Of a stretch of DNA of 64,000 bases, positions 10,816-23,845 are shown in pieces (positions within the stretch are counted from its first letter, which is position 1; each line of letters begins with the position of its first letter). The notes under the pieces were generated by a model that saw only the letters and a list, made by a program, of their open reading frames with translations, searched no databases and was not told the DNA's origin. Location of the stretch: positions 224,874,001 through 224,938,000 of the forward strand of contig OZ024740.1 in NCBI GenBank assembly GCA_964016885.1. Direction: 5' to 3'. Made by a program: the position numbers and the translations under genes. This stretch comes from Eledone cirrhosa. Taxonomy: Eukaryota.

Positions 10816-13800
10816 AGTCCTTATTTTAAAAGATTCAGTAACCAATCAGATGCATTTTTGTTTATGATTTACTTGAAATATCTGTAGGAAGAAGCAGTAA
10901 CAATGGCCTTCAAGAAGTAGGCACCATGGTTAGTATAGTGCATGGAAGGTTAGACCAAACATGGGTGATGAAAGGAAGAAAGGCAAGTGAGTAGAGTGTG
11001 CCTGAATGAGGGTGGCATGAGTCCAATAAACTCCCAAGAAGAGATTCCATTGTAGTAATGGCAGAAGAGATTGAAAGAAGCAACAGCATGTCTGTGGAAT
11101 ACAGATTAGATGGTTTTAGCTGAATGGATTATTTTTTTCAGGAAAAGGTATGTGATATTGTTGTGAGCAACAACATCACTGCCCCAGATGTGGGTCACAC
11201 TTCGTACTCGAAACAATGTCAAAAGCTGAAGTAAGTTTATCAACATTTTACAATAAACATGAAACTTTTCTGCTATAAACCTGTATGTGTATATACTGAG
11301 CTCTCATATAACTGTATTTCATCAAACATCATTCTACAGTTAGTACTTAACTTATCAATATAAGACAATTATAGATTATTCAATACTAGATTTTTCGACC
11401 CTGGGTTGATGGAAGGCTAGGTTGACCTTGGAATATGGCCATTAACATCTACAATATTGTTAAAGTAAACTGGTAGCAAAACAATATTGATAGCTTGGTT
11501 TTGATTCGTTGTCCGATCAATTTTACTCACTTTGCAAATGCCTGGTGGAAAAGCATATAAATGTCAGAACTTTTTATTTAACTATACATCTAATGTTCCT
11601 CTTAATGACCTTACAGCTTGGGAGAGAGCATAAATGTCACAACTTTTTATATTCTGCTTCTCATAACTCTACAGTTAAGAAATAGATTTTACAATGGCTA
11701 GCATTGGTCACAGAGAATATATGTAGGTTTTCAATAGAATATTATTTGATTCATAGATTCATATATGAAACCACTTGTTCTCTCAATGTCTCAATTTCTA
11801 ATTGTTCTTCCATGCTTGTATGGATTGGATAAAGGTTGGAATGAGATTATTCAATTTCCTGAGGTACAAGACACACCCCTGCATGTGACACCAGTCCATC
11901 CCTAGGCTAACGTCCAGCTGCTGTTGTTACACATTTTAAGTTGATTAAAGTAGGGCAACATGAAATGAGCTGCTTCACAACATGTTACCCCATCTTAGAA
12001 TTGATCCCATGAACACAAATGATGAAGATAATCCCTTAACAATTTGCCCTGCATCTTCACCCTCATTTCTTAAATAACAACATTCCTGTAATTCCTAATT
12101 CTTCAGTCACGTCAATTCTCCCTGATGGCTGTGTGGCAATAAAATGTACCCAGTTAAGATTGTGAAATGGTTTACACAAGAAAGGGCATCTAGTCATAAA
12201 AACCATGCCAAATTAGAATAAAGAAGACACAACATCCTCTCTTAGTTTGGTGGTCACATGATAAAATGCAGCCAGTATACATTATAAAGTTGTTGACATT
12301 AGGAAGTGCATCAAGTTGTAGATATCTTACCAAAATAGGATATATTGAGCATGGCATAGTCCACTAACCTATCTAGGAGAACAGTAACTCCTATTAAGTA
12401 CTGACAAATTCAACTCATACCAACATAGAAACACAGATGTAAAATATGATGATGATGATGATGATAATGATGTTGATGATATATTGAAAAAGTTTTATTT
12501 TGCCACAAAAACAATTAGCATCAATAAAATATTTATGCATCGAGTAATTGATTATTTGCTTAAATATGTTCTAGGACTGACTGAAATACATACTTTGTTG
12601 TTAATATGGTGTTAGCTATATAGCTATGGTAAAGGGTGTGTAGTTAACATAGTTCTGTGATGTGGTTTTTAGAATGTATATATGTCTGTAAGGTTTTATT
12701 GCAGTTATTATGGAAAAAGAAACAATACAGGTAGTAGTTAGAAAAAAAGTGGGGTTGGAGAGATAGCATTGATTTACAATGAGATGCAAATGGTATATAA
12801 ACCTATTGAAAACATTGTAACAGTCAAAGAGTGCAAACAGTTGAATGAGGTAGAAGGGTCTGTACATTTATATTCTCAATCGATCAGATGTTTTTCTTAT
12901 AAATTGTGTGAATATGTCAATTATCAAAGGAGATACAGCAGAAGTGTGTGATATCTAGAGGGAATAAAAAGTATCAGTGATTGAAAAAAAAAACATTTCA
13001 TGAGTGTCAAAAATTAATCAAGGTTTTTCATTAAATTGTAATTTTTCAGAATTTTAACATCTTTAGAGTTGAAAATCTGATTTTAATATCTATATCTACA
13101 CTTTCTCAGGTGGTAGGTATAATCCATTTCCTGGTTTAACACCATTACCTGACCCTTGGGCGTCTTCAGCAGACTTCAATCTAGAGTTTGAAAGTAGATC
13201 TTCCTCCAACCTTCCCACTAGTCTTTGAGTCACTGAAAAGGACTGTGCTCACTGTTTTTCCTTCCTTGATAAAACAGTAAAACATAAACATTACATATTG
13301 ATCAATTTCATTTCCAATTGTATTCAGCTGCCCTATTGTATCAGGTGTAGATAGTAGCTGATGAGATTCCCAATGAGAACAATTATTTCCAAACTAAGTA
13401 CACAGAACTCAATCTTATAATCTTATTATCAACTTATTTGAGCTATTTAATCATTTAATCAATATATTACATCATGCAGAAGAGAAAGTTAAATTTCCTT
13501 ATGGAAATTTTGACAATTGTAAGGTCTCCAAGGAAGATTACACTTGATGGAAAATAGAGATGTGATGAATCCCTTCACTTTATAATATGTATAAGATTGT
13601 CCTTTTTTACAATGTTGATCATTACCAGATTTACATAACTTCATTGAATGATAAAATAAACGACCTAATTGAAAGTAAGTTTAAATGCCTCATAGAAACT
13701 GCTAATACAAGCAAAGTAGAATAGTGGATTAGAAAGAGTGTGTGTGTAAGATGTAGTTATCATCTTAGGATATGCAGATATGGAATGATAGTGAGATAAA

Positions 13801-14284
13801 AAAAACATGAGAATAAAGTGATTTAGAAGAAATGTCCAAACCATGCCAGTACAAAAACTTAAATATCAAAATCTCTATGGTTATTCATAGTGTGAAGATG
13901 AAAATGGTAATGGTAGCTCGAGTACATAGTTGTTCCAATCAGCTATAATATAATTATTATAAATCTATCTCTATGTTATTAGTTTCAATAAAATGCTTGT
14001 CCAAATGGTTACAACATCCTTTTCAAAATCATAAAGGTCAAGCTTTCATCCCACTTCATATCATCTTTAACAAATGCTCTCTTGCATAAGTCTTAGGACA
14101 ACTCAAGTCTTCAGAATAAAACTGCATAGCTCAGAGACTGTGTGGTGTGTTAGAATGTATAAGGTGATAAATAAAAAAGGGGTAGGGTGTAACAAACTGG
14201 GTAGTAGATGGAGACTCAACAGGGGTATACTGAGCAAAATATCCCCATTGCCTTTTTACACAGGTGTGTCTCCTGAAGCACAGT

Positions 14285-14626
14285 CATCATAGGCTTTCTT
14301 CGATCATTAATGACCATGGTTTTGCACCTAGAAAGTTCTTCTCTGAGGCACAAGCCTAGAAAGGTGTGTTTATGTAAGACCTGCAGTTGCTCATGCATAC
14401 CAGTCTCCCTTCTCCACACCACAGATGTTGTCCAAAGGAAAGGAAATTGCTGACATAGCTTCACACCAGTGATGTCAAAACTCATTTAAAAGCTGAGTGA
14501 ACTGGTGTAACATGACATTAAGTGTCTTGCTCAAGGAAACAAGGCATCACCCAGTCCGGGAATCAAACTCACAACCTCACAATTGCAAGTCCAACGCTGT
14601 AACCACTAAGATATATGCTTTCACAT
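14285..14626 (-). mobile_element. tRNA-derived SINE, near full length
   Basis: Minus strand: 'cttagtggttacagcg' (A box), 'gagtttgattccc' (B box), 'ccttgagcaagacacttaat', then body shared with 10602-10815. Confidence 0.8.
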
Positions 14627-14804
14627 GAACGCTAATAATTATGGTGCGTTGTTTTATTTGTATTTTAGATGCTGGAATGAGTTAGATGAGGTGTCACATT
14701 CTGTGATTTTACTGGTTAGATGACCGCTTCTGACTCATACATTTCATTTTGACATGGTTTCTACAGCTGAATGTCCATCCTAATGCCAACTGTCCTTCCT
14801 AACA

Positions 14805-14805
<1 letters not shown>

Positions 14806-14871
<66 letters not shown>

Positions 14872-14908
14872 TGTGTGTGTGGGTGTGTGTTGTGCGTGTA
14901 TGTGTGTA
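14806..14908. repeat. (TA)n(GT)n compound microsatellite
   Basis: Direct reading. Confidence 0.95.
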
Positions 14909-15160
14909 TCCTTGGTTCAATTGGGGATAACCACAGTAAGTAAGTTACTCAATACATAGTAGAGTATAAACTAGATTCAATATAAAAATGGCTTCTACAA
15001 GACTAGAACTGTTTCATTCGAAGGAAATCACCAGGGAAGCCCTGTACTTTATAAAAGAAACAGTTGATAGTAAAGTATGTTTTACAGAAAGGTAATCATA
15101 TAATATCAATTATTACTTCAATAAAATAAACAATAAAAAAACACATGTTAAAAGAAAATA

Positions 15161-15320
15161 TGAGAGGGTGAAGGAGAGAGAGAAAAAGCTAGAGAGAGGG
15201 ACAGGGAGGGGCAGAGATAAAAGAGATAAGAAGAAGAGAGTGGTGAGAAAGGAGATATAGAAAGGTAGGAGAGAGGAGAGTGATAGAGACTGCCAGACAG
15301 ATTGATAGGCAGGACAGATG
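15161..15320. repeat. GA-rich purine tract
   Basis: Imperfect (GA)n/GACA repeats. Confidence 0.8.
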
Positions 15321-16074
15321 CATGGTCTCAATTTATAATGTCGTTAGATATTTATTTTCATTTATATTTTCAATAATTATATTTTCATATTTTCATACTT
15401 TCTATATTCATCATATCAGTTCAGAATCAGAATAGAAAATAGAGTGAAACATTAAGAAAGGAAATCAAGAAAAATTCAATGGTAAAATATGGAAAAAGAA
15501 AGAAGTGCAAGAAGTGCATAAATTTTAGTGTGCTTCTGAGTATTTAATTTCTTCCTGTTTTCACATCTTGAAAGGGATGTTTGCCTTTCATTCCACTTTA
15601 AAGGATAAAACATGCATCAGACATGTACTGGATGCAATTCAGTCAATTATATCCCCTACACTCACCTACTTTACTAATTTGTTGCTTTGTATCAATGTGT
15701 AGAAATCAATAAAATGATTGAAGCAGAGCAAGGAATTCTCTGATCAGAAAATTCCCACACAAGACAAGATTAGCAACATAGATTATATCAGCATTGAGAA
15801 ATTGATATTGTGATTTCAAATCTTGCATCAGTGAAATATTATTTTCATCCTTCCAAGGTCAATAATCAAATTATTGGTTGAGTAGAGGAGTCAATTCTAT
15901 CCATGTAGCCTTCTCTCAACTTTGAGGTCTGTTAAAAACATATTTGGAAAACAACTTAGTAGTATTGACACGTGTGTGTGTGTCAATGTATTTAACCTAT
16001 TTTAATGCATTTTAATTACCAAGAATCTCATATGGAAAAGCATCACCATCAGTTTTCCAAGGAAGCTAAATCTA

Positions 16075-16550
16075 TGTCCAAGTCCTTGGTGACTTCAATC
16101 ATTTTGTATGTGTGTGAGAATTAGATTCTCACAGCTGACATGGAATGAAGAATCCAGTCATTTGAGCACAAGTACTTCAGAAGGTTGCTACACATCCCAT
16201 ACATGCAATACAAAACAGACTTGTCAGGCAGAAAGTTAACAAATATGCTACCAAACAGGGATCACTCCTTGCGATAATGTAAAATCAGAAGCTTGCCTGG
16301 TGTGGTCATATATCCCACCGCAACTACTTGTTTAAGACCATCATTCAGGGCACAATCGAGGGAGGGCAAAGAAGGGGCAGACAAAGAGAATCCTGGTCCA
16401 ACAACAAAGACTGGACTGGTAACAACACCAAGACCCTTTTACACACACATGACAAAGAATAGAAACCAATAGCAAGGACTTACTTCAAAATCATCTAGTT
16501 TGGAACCCCAACTACTGGCTACATCAGTTGTGGGAACATGATAATGATGA
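16075..16550 (+). mobile_element. Old RTE-group LINE 3' fragment (third family)
   Basis: Degenerate translation ILYVCE..RIQSFEHKYFRRLLHIPY..KLAWCGHI..KTIIQGTIEGGQRRGRQRESW, the typical RTE C-terminus; ends in atgataatgatga. Confidence 0.8.
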
Positions 16551-16997
16551 ACTACAAGGAACCCTGTTTATTTAAACGATTTGTACCATGGCCTCTGTTG
16601 CAACAATTACTCACTTCCCAGATTCTTATGCAACAAAAATGACAATTCAAAAATTGCAAAAGAGTAGATAACTAAATTCATGTGCATATAATGTTTTTAA
16701 AAATATACATGAAATTTCGATCTGAGCTCAGATACCCAGTACTATCGTTGTGAACATCAGACTGGAAACCTTTAATGTAAGACATTTTTTTTATATATAT
16801 ATCTAAATAAATATTATTGTTCAAGTGGAAGTTTGTCTGATATTCATTGCGAGTTTTTTGCTATTTCTTTTGTATAGAGAAATACATGAATATACACAAA
16901 TATATACAAATAGCATATTCATCTCTAACAACAACAGTAAGAAATACAAGAACATTTCATTTCATTTTAATATGCACAAAGAATGATACACTCAGAT

Positions 16998-17038
<41 letters not shown>

Positions 17039-17524
17039 CAGACAGATGGACAAACAAAGAGAAAGGCAGATAAATTTATATCAGTGCAAGCTACATATAT
17101 AAAATTAGTATTTATTTTTTCTTTCATTGATTTAAAATTAAAAATAATATTTTCTGCTTGTAGAAGAAATATATACTTTTATATGTATGCACATCCATTT
17201 CTACATAAACACATACAAAATAAATTTCATGCACAACACAGATGCATACACCCATATGAACACATATAATCAAACACACACACACACACATATTGTACAA
17301 TTATATACACATATCCATAAATATGCATAGCGTTAGAAAGACAGTGTTCTGATCTGAATATTAAATCGTAGTTGTTATTGTCCAATAAAATTATTTGTTA
17401 TTAAATTGAGGAAATAGAATGGAATTATTAATTATATATATATACATATACAGTTTTAGTCCTGTAGAATCCATTTCTATATTAAATTTGTTATATATAC
17501 ATAATTAAAGGGTCTGCTTATACA

Positions 17525-18805
17525 CAGCTCCTGCATCACAATGTCAACATTTTAAGGACTTTGGGAGAGGGCTCCAACACTGATATAATCTACCTTGATT
17601 TCAGCAAGACATTTGACAGGGTTTATCACAACATTCTACTATAAAAAAACTATCGAACATTGGTGTTTCTAGAAAGTTACTGCAATGGATCAAGTGCTTC
17701 CTGACAAACAGAGCCCAACATGTTGTAGTGGAAGAAATAAAATCAAACCCAGCGAAAGTGAGTAGTGGAATTCCACAAGGCACTTCTTTTCATTATCTAT
17801 ATCAATGACATTGCAGATGTCATCAAGCATATAAGAATCTCTGCAGATGATTACAAGCTCCAGAAAGCCATCAATGGAGTGAGTTACTGGACATGCCTTC
17901 AATTAGATCTACTTGCTTTTCCAATGGGTGAAAAAAAGAAAATATACTGCTGAACGAGGATAAATTTTAATTTATCCATTTTGGAAAAAAGGATGCACTG
18001 AAACACACATATTCCCTTACTTTAGGTGAAACACGGCAGGCAAGAACATCAGAGCATTGTGAGTGATTGTTGAGAACAACATAAGCTGGGCCACTCATAT
18101 AAACAGCAAAGTTGACATAGCCTGCAAAATGTGTTCCTGGATTTTCAGAATTTTTGAGTTAAGAGATATCCGCACTATTACATTACTCTTTTCCACATAT
18201 GTCTAACACATCTTGAATAATGTTGTCCACTCTGGTCTCCCCACAAGAAACAAACTATCATGGAAATTGCAGCACCTCGAAGGTCAATCACAAAAAATAT
18301 ATATGACATGACACGCCTTGACTATTGGGGTCGTTAGAAAGGCTCAAACTTTATTCTCCCCAATACCACCATGAATGCTACATTATTTGCATGATGTAGA
18401 AAATATTCCCTCAGCATTGCCCAAAACATGTTGGCATCATCATTAAAGTAAACCTAAGGCTTGGCTCCCATGCTATCCACCCACAACAAAAATCAAACTC
18501 GCATATTATAACAGCATTATAGCACAATTATTTCACCTCAACTGGTCCAGCTCTCATTAACATTACACCAAAACAGAAATAGATCCCACAAAATAGAAAT
18601 AGATCCCACAAAATTCAAACATTTTTTGGAGAAATTCCTAAAAAAATCACAGATAGACCTCCTACACCAGAGATGTCTCCGTAAGAAAATAACTCGCTAC
18701 TGAAGTGGACCATATATCCAAATCCTGATTTCAAAGACTTCGTCAGGTGGTACTATTAAGTTAGATATGGCCTGGGCCTATATTGGCCAAAACCTATCAA
18801 AATTA
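17525..18805 (+). mobile_element. CR1-group LINE, 5'-truncated RT and 3' end, many stops
   Basis: DIIYLDFSKTFDRVYH, WIKCFLTNRAQHVVV, VSSGIPQG, FIIYINDI, SADD(YK), CPLWSPH motifs; 3' end runs into a TA/CA tract. Confidence 0.88.
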
Positions 18806-18843
18806 TATGTATATTATATATATATAAATTTGTATATATGTAT

Positions 18844-18907
<64 letters not shown>

Positions 18908-18960
18908 ACACACACACATATATATATATATATGTAAAAATATGTATACACACATCTATA
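18806..18960. repeat. (TA)n/(CA)n compound microsatellite
   Basis: Direct reading. Confidence 0.9.
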
Positions 18961-19501
18961 TGTTAATTTCAACAATGTCAGTATTCTGTGTGTCATAATT
19001 CTCGATGATCATTGGTTCATAGGCTTCAAACGACTCCGCCCACCTCAACGACACCAAACTTAAATTGATATGCATAATGCCAATGAGGGAGTGAGAGGGG
19101 AGAGAGAGGCAAAGTGAACGCTGTGTTTGGATACACTATGTATATGTGTCAGTGTAGAGACATGTGTGTATGTGATGTGTGTGGAAATAAGAGGGAAAGG
19201 AAAGCAATAACTATTAACATGTGTGCATGTGTATGTACGTGCGCGTATGTTTATGTGTGTGTACGTGTGTGCAGCATTCCACAGAAAGTAAAAACTGTCA
19301 ACATGTGTGAGTGTGTGCGTGTGTGTAAGTTTGCGTGCGTGTGCGCGTTTCCATGTGTGTATGTGTGTGTATGTGCTCCATCCCACAATCGCCACGCAGT
19401 TTATCTATCTGTGTGCCTGTCTGTCAGTCTAACATACACAGAGTTGTGAAGGGAGTAATTAGGTCCTGTTTTACATTGACGGAAATCTTTTATATTAATT
19501 A

Positions 19502-19856
19502 TCTATATCTACATATAATATAAAAGATTGGAACTTCCGTCATCCTTTTGAGAAACGTGGAACAACCACGTCTATGCATTGATACATGTTTTACAGTCAG
19601 GCAGAAGATGAACCATCTCCTGGAGGTCACTATTCAAGGTGGGAGCACCTAGAATTGTTCATATACTATGCACAAACGGTACAACGAAGAATCTGGTATA
19701 TCTGGAAGATTTTTTTCTACTGTTTTTTTGTATCACACAAGCACCACGGACTCGCCTCATACTGTAACCAGACAAACATCCAATACAGTCATTTTCTCTT
19801 TTACCTGTCTTCTCTTAATGCCTGTTTACCCGGGCGAAGCTGGGTACGTCAGCTAG
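19502..19856 (+). mobile_element. Non-autonomous Helitron
   Basis: 5' a|TCTATATCTACATATAATATAAAAG; 3' GC-rich hairpin 'acccgggcgaagctgggt' 7 nt before CTAG|t; sits between A and T with no TSD, as expected for Helitrons. Confidence 0.75.
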
Positions 19857-19868
19857 TATATATATAAT

Positions 19869-19899
<31 letters not shown>

Positions 19900-20287
19900 C
19901 AAAAACATATATTATATATATATATACATATTATATATCTGCAGAAGCATACGTTTGTTGGTGATGGTATATATATATATATATATAAATATGATCTATT
20001 ATAAATAAATGTTATGGGAAGAAAATTCAAGAACTTTACTCATAAATATGAGGTTTTTTCCATGTTATTAGAATTATTGAATTAAAAACAACATTGTGTC
20101 AGGAATTCAAATTCATGGGAGCTAAAACAAAAACATGCACAAACCTCAATCTATAAGAACATTTTGAATAATTATTCTGTCAAACTATATTCCAATATTC
20201 AAACGTATATAAATTTCTCAAACATAAGCCTACCCTGTCAATAAAAAAAGAAAAGACATTTCATCATAAACTAAAACTAAAATTCTT

Positions 20288-20454
20288 TATGTACACACAC
20301 ATATATATATATAACAAACAAACAGTTTATATATATATAAATATATGTATGTATGTATATATATATATATTTATATATATATATACAAATATGCATAAAT
20401 ATATATATATAAGTATAATGTATATATATGTATATATATGCGTATATATGTATA
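20288..20454. repeat. Degenerate (TA)n tract
   Basis: Direct reading. Confidence 0.9.
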
Positions 20455-22613
20455 TCATCATCATCATCATCGTCGTTTAACGTCTATCTTCCACGCTAGC
20501 ATGGGTTTAGACGGGAATTGTCCCACGTGAGGCAAGATTGGTTGTCTTGCTCGTATAGGACTGTCTGGCAAGTTTTCTACGGCTGGATGCCCTTCCTAAC
20601 ACCAACCACGTTTACAGTGTGGACTTGGAGGTTTTTACCGTGTTACCTACACGGCCACATTACAGCGTGGACTGTGTGTTTTTTTGTCGTGACACCTACA
20701 CGATCTTATTTATTTAGGACTGGATGTTGTGGCACCAACATAATTTTAGGTGTAGATGGGGTTGGGGGTAAGGTTCCTGGGATGGGGGGGGGGTAAGGAG
20801 GTGCCTACTAACTGTAGGTTTCGCTTTGTACTTAGGCAAGGAGGGTCTTCTGTATTACTGTGTAGCGCCAAAGATCTCGGTCCAGTGACATTGTCTTGGA
20901 GAGGTGTAAGTGTGTAAGGTCGGAATTTATCAAATTGTTCCAGGTTTTTATGGGTCTTCCTACTCCGTAGCTTCCGTCTATTTTAATCGCCCTGCACTTT
21001 TTTATACAGCTGTCGACTTTCATGAGCGTCATATGACCATACCAACGTAGTCTTCTCTCGAGTAAACAGCATCTGATCCCTCTTATTCCTAATTTCTCAC
21101 TTAGTTCGTTTATGCTTTGCCGTTCACGTATCTTACTATTACACATCCAACGGAGCATGCAAGCTCGTTCCTCTCCAGTCTGCGCAGATCCTCTGCACAC
21201 AATGCCCATGTCTCACTGCCATGTAACATTGCTGTTCGTATGCAGGCATCATACAGTCTGCCTTTCATTTTTAGGGAGAAAACTTTAGCGGCCAATAGTG
21301 GTATAAGCTCTCTGAACTTTTTCCATCCCGTTCTGACTCTAGCTATTGTACTTTCAGAGCACCCACCACCACTGCTTATTTTGTCACCCAGGTAACAGAA
21401 GGTGTCTACTATTTCTATAGAACCATCTGGACAGTAGAAAGAGCTAGTATCCTGTGGGCACTTGCTACTACATATTGCACCTGAGCACCGGCCACATATA
21501 AAATCTATGTTCTTGGTTAGTTTACCTGTGATCCCACTACATATTTTATGCACCCATACTTTGGATTTGGGACATCAAATGGAGTTTCTGCCTCCTCCTT
21601 TCCTACACACTGAGCATGGCCATTTCTCAGCGGGGACCAGTGCCCTATTTTCCTTCCTACATACTAGAACTTTAGTCTTAGCGAAGTTAATTTTAAGGCT
21701 TTTGATTCTAGGCTATGCTTCCAAGTTTGGAATTTCTTCTCTAGTTCAGCCATTGATTCAGCTATGAGCGTTAGATCATCTGCATATAAAAGTTTCCATG
21801 GGCAGCCGGTCTTGAACTCCTCTGTTATAGCCTGAAGGGCAATAATAAATAGGAGGGGGATAAGGACAGAGCCCTGATGAAAACCGACTTTTAGGCTAAA
21901 TTCTTCACTATAATCTTTGTTAATTCTAACCTTGCTGACTGTTTCTTTATACATAGCTTGTATAGCTCTCACAAGCCAATCATCAATACCTAGTTTTCTA
22001 AGAGCCCACCAGATAATGGAGCGGGGGACTCTGTCAAAGGTTTTCTCCAAGCCAACAAAAGCTAAGTATAGGGGTTTACTTTTAGCTAGGTACTTCTCCT
22101 GTAGTTGTCGTACAAGGAAAAGAGCATCTGTGGTACCTTTACCTGACACAAACCTAAACTGCATTTCATCTAGATCAATTCGCTCTTAGATTAGTTGTGC
22201 TATAACTTTTTCTGTGACCTTCATGACCTGGTCAATTAATTTAATGCCTCTATAGTCTCCCCTGTCTAAAGCATCTCCTTTACCTTTGTAGCAGTTAATG
22301 ATGCTGCTGCTACGGCAGTCATTTGGTATAACCCCATTCTGTATGACTTGGTTTACTATCCGGGAGATCATAGTGTGTACCACTTATCCAGATGCTTTCA
22401 GCATTTCAGCAACTATCTCCGAAGGCCCAGCTGCTTTGCCTATCTTCATATCTTTGTTTGCCTTACTTATTATACTACCTTCAACTTGCACTGCTGGTCC
22501 CTCTATTGGATCGATTTGGGGCAGACAATCTTTTTCCCACTTATTCTCCTCATTTAGTAGCCTCTCATAGTGACACTTCCAAGCTACCTTATTATCAGTA
22601 TCAGTGATGGCAA
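20455..22613 (-). mobile_element. RTE-clade LINE (family A), 5'-truncated, RT + PHD-like finger + 3' UTR, disrupted
   Basis: ORF pieces 22186..22383, 21664..22164 (HQGSVL, LLYADDL), 21110..21553 (FCYLGD, MLHGSETWA), 20832..21209 (RLRWYGH); (GAT)n tail at 20455-20472; closely similar to 41990-44150. Confidence 0.95.
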
Positions 22614-22651
22614 ATATGTATATATATATATATATAAATATATATATATAA

Positions 22652-22821
22652 ACAATTCTTTATTAAACATTTTTTTATGAAGTATATAAAGTATATGAGA
22701 AAATTACCGGTTTCGATGTATTAAGATGTCAATTTGACAAGATGGATCTTAGTACATCAAAACCTGTAATTTTCTCATATAGTTTATATACCTCATAAAA
22801 AATTGTTTAAAAAAGAATTGT
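22652..22821. repeat. Fold-back palindrome (~75-bp arms) with hammerhead-like motif
   Basis: 'acaattcttt...gagaaaattaccggtttcgatgtattaagat' is reverse complementary to 'atcttagtacatcaaaacctgtaattttctc...aaagaattgt'. Confidence 0.9.
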
Positions 22822-23027
22822 CCCTCTCGTTTTACAATAACATTATCTCTTTAATAACACTATCTTTTCAATAATGTCACTTTGACGAATCACAAACGAA
22901 AAACAGACCCTTAAATATATCTCCCGTGCTATTTCCAACTTCATCTTTTCTCTATATCCACTGTTTTGTATAGAACCTCACTTCCCTTTTCTAATATATA
23001 TATATATATATATATAAGGAAAAAAGT

Positions 23028-23277
23028 TGAAATCGAAAATGCAATTTTTTAAAATTATATATTTATTTGGTTCCTTTACCGGTTTCGCAGTTCTTGTGCG
23101 TTTCAAGTGTAAAATTGAGATGGAGGGTTTGTGGTTTTTCTCACATCTGAGATGTGAAAAAACCCACAAACCCTCCAAATCAATTGTACTTTTGAAAAGC
23201 ACAAGAACTGCGAAACCGGTAAAGGAACTAGATAAATATATTTAAAAAAAAAGACTCCAGTTGCATTTTCGATTTCA
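23028..23277. repeat. Fold-back palindrome (~120-bp arms, centre 23149) with hammerhead-like motif
   Basis: Centre tcacatct-g-agatgtga; arms pair out to tgaaatcgaaaatgcaa / ttgcattttcgatttca; ORFs 22978..23202(-) and 23027..23245(+) share internal peptide because of the symmetry. Confidence 0.95.
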
Positions 23278-23338
23278 TCTTATACTTTCACTCGTGTAGG
23301 GCACCTCGTTTTCTTTCCATTTTGTAAAAAAAGCTCAC

Positions 23339-23343
<5 letters not shown>

Positions 23344-23399
<56 letters not shown>

Positions 23400-23407
23400 C
23401 ATATATA

Positions 23408-23441
<34 letters not shown>
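23344..23441. repeat. (TA)n microsatellite
   Basis: Direct reading. Confidence 0.95.
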
Positions 23442-23447
<6 letters not shown>

Positions 23448-23454
23448 AACAAAT

Positions 23455-23845
23455 ATAAATTATCGAGAATCGCATTTCGGCCTATGAAATAACGAAAAAC
23501 AACCTCCGAGATGTGTGGCAAGTGCTCAATGATTCAGATGAACCAGAGCTATAACAAACGTTAAAGCCCAAACACACTGAGACGATGGTTAAACAATCAT
23601 CTGCAAAGCCAAAAAAACGATCAAGTAATTCGGGTCAAACAAATAAAAATATATGTGATTGAAAATTTACCCGGACCCCTGGAAGGTTGGCAAAATCCAG
23701 CATTTGGGTTTCTGCGACTCCTAAATCAAGTACTGTCCGCTTACATAAATAATGTTAGGCTTCTGGTAAGATGATTGAACAAGGAAGCCACTTTTTCAAC
23801 AGGTTTTAGTTCAATACTAATACAAGGAATGACTATTACTGACCC
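23455..23845 (+). mobile_element. Unclassified ~390-bp interspersed repeat, copy 1
   Basis: Collinear blocks shared with reverse complement of 57730-58120: cgagaatcgcatttcggc, ccagagcta, aagccaaaaa, ggaccc, aaaatcca, cctaaatcaa, tactgtc, gaacaaggaa, tcaacaggt. Confidence 0.8.

Noticed and set aside
18572-18614. Short tandem duplications (also 62991-63022, 63195-63252, 721-740)
   Set aside because: Ordinary slippage duplications with no further structure.
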